From Klebsormidium nitens (Eukaryota; Plantae; Klebsormidiophyceae), in the NCBI GenBank assembly GCA_000708835.1, contig DF237530.1:1-56110 (forward strand): DNA of 56,110 nucleotides. Direction: 5' to 3'. Positions 47,601 through 56,110 of the stretch are shown piece by piece (position 1 is the stretch's first letter; each line of letters starts with the position of its first letter). The notes under the pieces are model-generated. The model was not told the DNA's origin. It saw nothing but the letters and a program-made list of their open reading frames with translations, and did not search any database. Made by a program: the position numbers and the translations under genes.

Positions 47601-50600
47601 AGCGTTACAGCTTTCTGTTTGGTCGTCACGCACTCCTGCTTTTTCAACATCAGAAGCTCGAATCAAGCCGTATCGGTGAAAGGAGTTGAGCACCTAGCTG
47701 TGAGGGCTGAGATTGTGTCAGGCCAACACATCAAAGTTTCTGTAAGTAAAATAGATTTCCGCAAGGAGCAGGGGCATGAAGTCCTCTCGGTTCACCCTTG
47801 TGAAAAGGCCTTTGCGTAGTTTTTAACAGCGAGATTTGAGGAAATCCATACGGCGAAAGCAAACGACGCCGGTCACCGTGTTGCTCTATATCCAATTTGA
47901 GCCTCTCCTTACGCCACGTGTTGGTATCCGCAGGCGACCTTAAATGTCGAGTCCCTGGCCGCGAGCACCGCCCGCATCGTCGAACTGGAGGCGGAGCTGC
48001 GCCGGGCACAAGCGGCCCACGTGGCGCTCGAGACCGAGCACGAGACGGCTGCAGCGCGCGTGGCACACCTGCAGGAGGTGAACGTGGACCTCGAGGCGGA
48101 GATTTCGGAAAAGAGCGCCGAATTTGAGGGGCTGGTGGCGGAGATGAGCCAGCTGACGGATGAGAGTCTGGCGGAGGAGCGCCAACTGAAGGAAGAAGCG
48201 GCGCGCGCGCGGGCGGAGCGGGAGAGGGACGTACAAGCGGCGCAGGCGGAGGTGAGGCGGAAGGCATGAGGTATTGGGAAGTACGTACGTGTCCGGAAGG
48301 CTAAAAAAAACAAACTAAAAGAATCGAAGAAAGAACGCGTCTTCTATGAAGTCTTTTACGAGGAAGACAAAGAATCGCTGCTCTTCATCTGACAGGGAAA
48401 CGTGAAAGAAAGAGACTTAGAAAGATGAAGGGAGCTTTGTTTTTCGTGTTTCTTTAGCGCCGAACTTTTGCGCGAGATTTATGGTGCAACCCTCTTTAAT
48501 TTCACTCGCTGCATCTGTTCGAGTAATTGCACTGCTACCTTGGTGAAGATTCACCGTGTGCCCGAGCGGTCCTGTAGCTTCACAGTCAGCAATCTGAGGT
48601 ACCCTTTTTGTTAGGCTTTACCCGGGAAAATGCATCTTGGCCTTTCGCAAATGACTGATCTGCCATTTTCTTCACAGATCGCCAAACTCAAGCGCGCGCT
48701 GGCGACGGCTCAAGCGGCGCTCAAGAAGGCCTCGTCCCGCTCCGCCAAGTCGACGGAAGAGCTGGAGCACGAGAACTCGAAGCTGAAGGAGGAGAATTCG
48801 AAGCTGCAAGTAAGCTTCACTGCTCAGCGTGCTGTTCTTCACACTCTGGCAATCGAGGTAGCTTCAAACCCTTTAGCGATTCCGGACGACGCACCCTGGC
48901 GTTCGTTTAACTTTACCTCAACTGGATTGTTTTGCCCCGCGACTTCCTCTTGTTTTCTCTTTTGTTCTCTTGTTTCCGACGAAGCGCTTTTTTGTCAGAG
49001 GTTTTTCTGCACAGCCCATATCCGCACCCTGCCGTTCATTTAACTTCGCTTCAGATGGAATGCTTGAATCTGCAACCTCCCAACTGTCTCTGTTTTGTTC
49101 TCTTGTTTTCGAAGAAGCGCCTTTTTTGTCGAAGGCTTTTCTGCACAGCCCATATCCCTGCTGTCGCTTTCTGCAGGCGGCGGCTGACGTGGCGGCGACT
49201 GCGGAGGCGGCGGATCGGCGCGCGTTTAAGGCGCACTTGGAGACCGAGCGCGAGCACCGGGAGACGCTGATCGAGCAGCTGCGCGTCAAGAACGAAGAAG
49301 TGGACAGACTGGAAGCGGTCAGCACTCGCGCCTTTCTCATATTAGCGCTTTGCTGTGAGTGCTTTGATCAAGGTTTACAAAAAGCTGGGCGGGATGCCGA
49401 GAGACCAGATTTGAGGGTTGGATGCGTGGCGCTTTACCCCCTAGAGAATTCGCTTAAGACTGTGATCGGTGCCCGGAAACCTACTCCTAATCAGGGTTGT
49501 TCTGACATGAGATTCCCATGAGGTTTGTGGGGGGGAAACTAGTGGTTCCGTGAAGGTCCGGGAGTTTCGCTTTGTCTTCCTTGACTAACATTCGTGCCTT
49601 AACAGTTTTCCCTGTTCTGCAGGAGGTTCTGTTTCTGAAGCAGCACCAGAACGAAACCGCTAACTACCGAGAGGCGAGTTACAAGACACACCCGCTATTC
49701 TTCCGTCTTTTTCAATGAAGTTTTGTCGTCCTTAGCTGTCACCGACTTTGCTGCTGACGTGGTATAAGCACGTGTCCGCTCGTCAACGAACGGGAAAGTC
49801 TTCGGCTGGCGCCTCTGAATGCCTTCCCCTGAGAGCTAGATCGATGCAATTCTTTTCGTAAGCGGAGCATTGCATCCAGTTTCATCTTCGTTGTCACTCG
49901 CGTACACGCCGCGGCTTTTAGGACCGCTGAATGTGGAAATATTCCATTCAATAATGCAGAAAGTGTGCTTGAGCCCGCAAAATGGCCTACCTTTTTTCGG
50001 TCCGATTTGCTGAGCCGCGTCGATTCTTCGATACCATGCAGTTGCGCGCCTACACTTTGTGCACGAGCTGGGGGGAAAGGTAAGAAGTCTTCTTCAACCG
50101 TCAATTGAGTTCTTAATCCTGGCTCTCAGAAGTTCGGCAAGCCCTTCGTGCAGGATTAATTAGGCGCGCGCGAAGTGTGGATTGAAATTGGCAACATTCT
50201 GTGAGAGCCAAGGCCGCCTTCGTTGTCACGTTCAAAGCAGACGTTGCTCTTACTCTGATATTCGTGGTTGCGGTGTACGTTTTCCCAATGTGCTAATGGC
50301 CCTCCTGGCTGACTTTCCAGATGAATGAAGCCCGGCACAGACTGTCGCAATTGCTCGTCTCCATTGAAGACCCCGGGGTAAGCCGCTGCTCCGCCGCTCT
50401 GTCTAAAGTTCTTCAGAGACCGGCGGTATTCAAGCAGTAAACTTCTGACATGCGTAAGATACTCTACAAGCCCCGGAACGTTGCTCCGACTTCTTGGGCT
50501 GACATTGTCCCACTTCTACCAACCAAAAGAGAAAGCTCAGCGGGGTCTCCGTGTGACTCGTAGTCTCCCGTCTGCGGAGTGTCAGCTTTCACGTACTGCA

Positions 50601-52115
50601 TCTCGAGAGGCGTTGAATGGCATTTTGACATCCCAGTGTGTGGCGTCTATTTTGGTGCTGACACGTGGCTCACGACGTGCTTCTGTCCGACTTCTGCGCA
50701 GTCCTCGACCGCCTTTCCCTTGGAGCTCGTCCAGAACGAGGTAAGCATCGCCTCTCGTTCATTGAAGCCGGGCTTCCGTTCCGCTTCTGACCATCTTGTG
50801 GCTCCGTCCGGTCTCGTCCGCCTGTACTGGTCGCCTGCTCCCTGTTGATATACCTCGTTGCCTCCATTCAACGCTTGGTCCATCTGCGAGCAGCACCATT
50901 GGTTGCATATTCATTCAATACTGGGCGGACACGTCATGCGGAATGAAACGCCCACGATCTCTCCCTTTCGGTCGTCAGCTTTTATGTTCCGTAGTGGCAC
51001 GAGTCACGACCCATTCGCACCACATCTACCTTTGACGGACTTGGTGCGAAGAAGTCCGGAAATCATTTCAGCCCAAAAGTGCCACGTTAGGGGTTGGTTA
51101 AGGGCTAAAAGATAGTCTTAACCCGTGTTTGCAAACTGAAAAAAGCAAAATAGGATAATTCTCGTAAAATGTTGGCGAATGGGTCGTCCACTACGGTTTC
51201 CCAGTTCCGTCTCCTGACTCATGCGTGTATGTTTCGCAGCTCGCGCGCCTGCGCGCCATGTTGGATGCGGAGCAGAGCGCGGACACGGCCGGCCCCAGCT
51301 CCTCCACAACTTCGGTACGTCACCCATCCTTAGAATCCTTCCGCATCATTGTGCGAGTACCCGTGAAGAATGATGAGGAGCTGCATTTGTTGCTGACACG
51401 CAAAGAGAGTCTCTGAGCACTGCGGAAATGACATGTCCTTGGAGCACAATAGATACGTAGGTTCGACCACTCAGTCCGACGCGCTTGGCTGAGACCTGTT
51501 GCTGTATTTGCCGGCCTGATTCAGAACGGCTTCCGTAGGGATCAGTGCTTCGCCTTGCCTTTGTATCTTCAGCCTCTTCTGAGCAGTTTTCTTTCGCATC
51601 CGACAGTGCCATTCCGGATGGCTGTCCGCCCACCAGAAAAGCCCTATTTAAAAGATTCGCTTGGTCTCTTCTATGTCTTACCGACATCTTGCCATTCTTT
51701 TCACCTCTTTTCGAGCTTCTCCGCAGCAAGCGCCGCCGATTGGCCCGTTTGGTCAAATGGGGATTGATGACAGCAACCCAACCGGGTGGGGGGAGCCGGA
51801 TCCCGACGTGGGGCCATCGGAAACGGAGTGAGTAGCGGAGCCTTCAGCTATTCGTTTCGACCTTCCGCGAATGCTTTGGGGGTTCAGTGTGTTGCGCCTG
51901 TCAGTCTCTAAATGCAGGATTTGCTCGGCTGTCGGGTTCGAGCAATTTTATGAGTTCCGGCGTTTGACGGGTGTCATTGTTTCCTTGGCCAGCTTTTGGA
52001 GTCGCTCTGGAGCACATGCTCGTCTTGCGACACACAGTGCAACTGTTCTGCGTGAGTACTGACGTTGATATACGCTATGTACATGTGCAGGCCCGACGCC
52101 GTGGACGCTTCTTGA
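41692..52115 (+). CDS. Gene B: about 905-aa Ala/Glu/Arg-rich coiled-coil protein, about 20 exons
   Basis: MASTRRG exon 41692-41745, then 42012-42107, 42711-42821, 43231-43497, 43768-43863, 44121-44447, 44764-44836, 45240-45397 and onward to 49623-49673, 50321-50377, 51727-51827 and terminal 52091-52115. Phases join into one frame. No family recognised. Confidence 0.8.
48901..49165 (+). repeat. ~133-bp tandem duplication of an intron 3' region in gene B
   Basis: The core ttttgttctcttgttt..gaagcgc..ttttttgtc..agg.ttttctgcacagcccatatcc occurs at about 48960-49023 and 49093-49157. Confidence 0.88.
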
Positions 52116-53776
52116 AAACGTTTCCGTATGTAAGGAAGGCCGTGTGAGACTTTTGTTCAGGTCAGTCCGTAGTGATGAAGGGGAGGTACTAAAATTTATA
52201 CATGGAATTTTGCTACTGACTTGCCGTGTTGAACAAAAACAATCTGGCAGGTTCACGGACTTCTAATAGAATGATAAGAGATCTGAGAAGAAGCGGCAGG
52301 CGGCAGTTGCTCTTTAGTGGATCAAACCGGGTTTTAAGAGTTTTCAAGAGTTGTTCCCCTAGCTCTGTTGATCCCGCAGCAGGAGAGGAGCTAGTCACAA
52401 GCGGCGGCAGTTTCTAGAAAGTTGTGAGATCAGTCCGCGAAGGCAGACAGCGGGTTCCAAGAGTCAGAGCCACTTCCGTTATTCATACTCGAGTATCAAA
52501 TCTTTGGTAGGGTTGAAACATGGTGTACCGGAAGCCAGCCTGTGGCGTTAGGGTCTAAAGCAGCGCAAAAACCCTCCAAAGCTCTGTGAACCGTCACCAT
52601 AAGCTGTCAACCGCAAGCCCACGTAGGCCCGTCTAGCCTTCGGAAGCGTGTGAAAAAAAAGGGCTTTACCAGCTGGCGGTGACGTATTTGAGATTAGCAC
52701 GTAACCACAGATTCTTATCTGGACTTCTGATCATACGGGTATTTGGAGATCACAGAAGTATGGTTCCGGAGCTCACAGACGGTAACGATGAGATCAGATT
52801 AGAAAACATGCCCAAGAGCATGATCGGGCCGTGTTTACTTCTAAAATGGTCAGATTGTGGCTTGGCTCTCTGTAGGCTAGTGATTTGATCAATCTGCTCC
52901 GGTCATTTGCAACGTCGTACTACATTTTGCCAGTCAACGGGGCGCGGCTCAGTGACATACATGTACGCATATTGTGCAGATCGGATGGTCCATCAGCGGT
53001 TATAGAGCCATGCGTCCGCACCGCTCATGCATGAAACCTTCAATTAGATTCATCCTGTAGCTTGCAATATTGCAGACTTTGATTGTGTGCAAGGCGGCTA
53101 TAGAGCTAGCTGGCTATCGCTCCTGGTTCCGATGACAGGGCCCAATGATCCCGGGCCCGCGCAATTTGTCCTGCGATTATGTAACAGTCCTAGCTCATGC
53201 ATGGATCGACGGCCTCACGGCCGCGCTGCTTAACTCATGCAAGCTATAGTGGGGCCGACTGTTGTAACTCCAATTCGCGTGCGGTCTGATCTTTGCATAT
53301 CTATAGGGTAGCGGCACATGATCGGATAGAACTGACGGAGCTAGGAATTCAAAATGATTCACCGCATACGTTTTACAGCACCTCCTGAATAAAGCCCGGA
53401 GGCAAAAAGCATTGCACTGCCAAATACGCATAAGCTTCATTAACGAATATACAAATTCAGTCCTAATTGGCAATGTACCTCCATTGAACCTTTTTGACGT
53501 GACGATCGTACTAAGAAAGTGACTTCTACAAACTTCTACAATGTTTAAGTTCGCAATCGATTAATTTCTAGGCTAGCATAAGATGTGCCAAGAAGGGACA
53601 CTAACGGTCAATCCAGTTCTGCTAAGATTAATTGTATTATAGCTAGAGTCAAGAAACGTCTAGCAAGGGACAACCCATACAACGGTCGTTGCACTAACCA
53701 TTAGGATCAGTATGTGATATAAACACCTATTCAAGATCGAAACGCTTTTTCGTACTTGACCTATATAGCAAAGCTT

Positions 53777-55908
53777 TCATCCAATTACTATCTTGCCTGA
53801 GAGCCGCACCTCTTTAGGCAACATCTCTCTCTTGACGCCCTTACACCCTCGTATTTCTACCCGCGCCTTGCTGCCACTCTCTATATAAGCTTTTAGGATC
53901 TCCGAGGTTACAAGCTCGCAGTCTGCAATAAGCAAACGATCAAGTTGGCAGCACCCGAACATAATCTTTCTAACAGTGGCGTCCGTCAAAGCAGGGCAAC
54001 TAACTATGCGCAACGCTTCCAAGCTCTTCTCCTCCGAAATTCGCTGCAGCATCTGATCTGTCGCGCGATCCAAATTGCCAACGCCCAAGTCCTTCAATTG
54101 CATTCGCCTGCAATGAGAGGGACGAGTAGTAAGAAGGCTGTGGGAAAATAGCAAAGGCCCTAGGTGTCAGAATTTCATGCAAATGCCGGAAGTAATAACT
54201 AGCTTGGCAGAACAACCAGATGCTAGCAGAACGAAACAGGGTCTTGAACAGTAAATCAAGGGATCCATCCCGGTCAAACACAAATGCTATAAGCTCATAG
54301 GGATGTAACTTACCCGCTGCGCGGAACCTGCCATAGATGTCTGTTGTTGACTAAAGTGAGATGGTCAAGACGCGCCAGGCGACATCGGAGGATCACAATC
54401 CCGCCATCGGTGATGCCCGGCTCGCTTGCGATGCGAATGTCAGACAGCAAGGGGCAGTTCCCGGCAAAGCGTCGCAGGGTGGTATCCGTAATTCCGCAGG
54501 CTATGGCAGTAAGCTTTTCTAGGCTGGGGCAGAGCAATGCCACATTCTCAAAGCCAGCGGCAAGAGCAGCAACCTGCCCCTCCATTCTGACTGTAAACTC
54601 CCGCAATGTTGGGCATGCCGATGCCACTGCCCCGACCCCAGCATCTGTCAGCCCACTGCAGTAGTGCAGGTTGAGCTGCTCAAGCGCGCACTGAACCCCC
54701 TCAAATGCTGCCCCGCTGAACCCCTCGCAGTGATCCATGCGCAGCGTTCTCAGCTCTGGGCAACACCTCAGAACAGTAGCCAGCCCCGCATCTGAGACGA
54801 CCCCGCAGCGGACCAGAGTCAAGCGGAAGAGATGGGGGCAGCTCTGCGCCAGCAGCGCCAGCAGGGCGTCGCTAAGGCAAATTGGCACAGTCCCCTGCAG
54901 TTCTGAGCCCTTCCCAGAGTCCATGAGCTGAACAAAGCGGAGGTCGGAGAAGCGCGAGAGCATCCTGGGAAGGAAGGCAATCCGGGGCTGGCCTTGCAAA
55001 GTCAGGGTGTTCCTGGCGTAGTTGGAAGCATCGAGCCACTGCCGACACACCAGAGAGCAAGCCCGGAGGGAGGAGTTTCCCAAGCGGGAGAATATCTTGG
55101 TCATGCAGTGCGCGTCGAGATCAAGGATTGTACTGCCTGACACAAGCGCACCCGCAGCCCCATCCCTCTGATCCACCTTAGCCCCCTCTAGCCTCTCAGC
55201 ACCGCAGGCTGCCCTGCTGGGCGCTGCCAAAAGTACCTCCTGAGTCCACCCACTGCCTGAACCCTCCTTCCCTTCAAAATTCTCTCCCCCAACCACAGGC
55301 AGTGCCCCCTCAGTTGCCCCACACAGAGCCCGCTCACGCAGCGGACTGGACAAGGTATCGCTGGCGCGCAGCTCAGAGGAAACTAGCTCGTAATCCAGAG
55401 AAGCGGGGACCGCGTCATCAAAAGCAGTGTGTTTTTGTACAGGTCCCTGCGCATCTGATGTGTCCTCTCTGAGAGTCTGCTGCTTTGCGAGGTGGGGGCT
55501 GCAATCAGAGTCCTGGCTGCTGGAAAGAGGAGGCACCGAGGGGAGCGCGCCAGCCAAGCCAGGAAGAGCCGAGGATAAGGACACGGGGACCAGATCGGAA
55601 GGAAAGGTCTGGGTCTGCTCAGGTCCCTGTGTCTCAGAGGTCTCCTCGCAAGTGTGCTGCTCCTGCAGAAGGGCGCTGCTTGCGAGGGCCTCGTCATCCT
55701 GGCTAGTAGCAAGAGAAGAAGAGTGCGAGGGAGAGGTGGGAGAGAAGATAGACTGGTAGCGATCAACAACAGCATCTCCGGTGGCTCTGGAGACCTGCAG
55801 TGAGATCCTCTCCCCGAGAGCAAAAGCTCCCTCCACTACTCTCCTACTCTGAGCAACTAACTCCTCCTCAAAACGCGTCAAGCGAGAACACCTCCTCAAG
55901 AAATCCAT
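53777..55908 (-). CDS. F-box/LRR-repeat protein 2, paralog of F-box 1; 2 exons, about 641 aa
   Basis: Exons 55908-54314 and 54107-53777 (phase-2 intron at the same position after PRS; 1926 nt). F-box LDAHCMTKIFSRL..SLRACSLVCRQW; LRRs such as CPHLFRLTLVRCGVVSDAGL. Confidence 0.9.
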
Positions 55909-56110
55909 CTCTAATCTAGCGGGGGGGCACTAACAGCTCAATCTCTCTCGCTCGCTGATCACCAGAGTGCACAACAGCAACAGCCTGCACAAGGGCGCCA
56001 AAAGCGCGAGAGCAGAACAAACTCCTGGAAGTTTGCGACCTCAGGAGATGCAGGCACTCCTCTAATAGCAGCTGGAGCTAGCTGCTCTGAGCGCTACTGG
56101 CAACTAACAC

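Noticed and set aside
52091-52147. Alternative phase-0 ending of gene B (ARRRGRFLKTFPYVRKAV*)
   Set aside because: An upstream phase-0/2 exon (51727-51827) with strong sites sets the terminal frame to PDAVDAS*. The longer ending would need that exon skipped.
49739-52398. Antisense gene from minus ORFs 49739-50104, 50647-50883, 51346-51756 and 52213-52398
   Set aside because: They overlap + strand exons, introns or the 3' UTR of gene B and cannot be joined by consistent splice sites.

Overview
Eukaryotic, intron-rich DNA. The plant-type genes (tocopherol cyclase with a transit peptide, VFB/FBL-type F-box-LRR) and the GC-rich exons within about 50% GC introns suggest a streptophyte green alga such as Klebsormidium; this assignment is an inference. 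Gene order: a decayed Ty3/gypsy chromovirus (gag, -1 frameshift, PR-RT-RH-IN-chromodomain, PPT, 3' LTR; 1-4940); a multi-CUE/DUF1771/Smr endonuclease gene (-); tocopherol cyclase VTE1 (-), head-to-head with FCF2 (+); coiled-coil gene A (+) converging on F-box/LRR gene 1 (-); then coiled-coil gene B (+), head-to-head with F-box 1 and converging on paralogous F-box/LRR gene 2 (-). All gene models were spliced by hand from GT/GC-AG sites and reading-frame continuity. The strongest signals are: (1) a gag-pol frameshift cassette with a predicted three-stem pseudoknot whose topology resembles the coronavirus element; (2) a ~3.5 kb duplicated F-box unit with inverted conservation (5' UTR, disordered N-terminus and downstream non-coding blocks conserved; intron and LRR silent sites diverged) and reordered N-terminal modules; (3) CATG/GATC-dense blocks where genes converge; (4) a Cue2-like nuclease carrying about five CUE-like domains, a UIM and Trp motifs. 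No tRNA, rRNA or CRISPR array was supportable.
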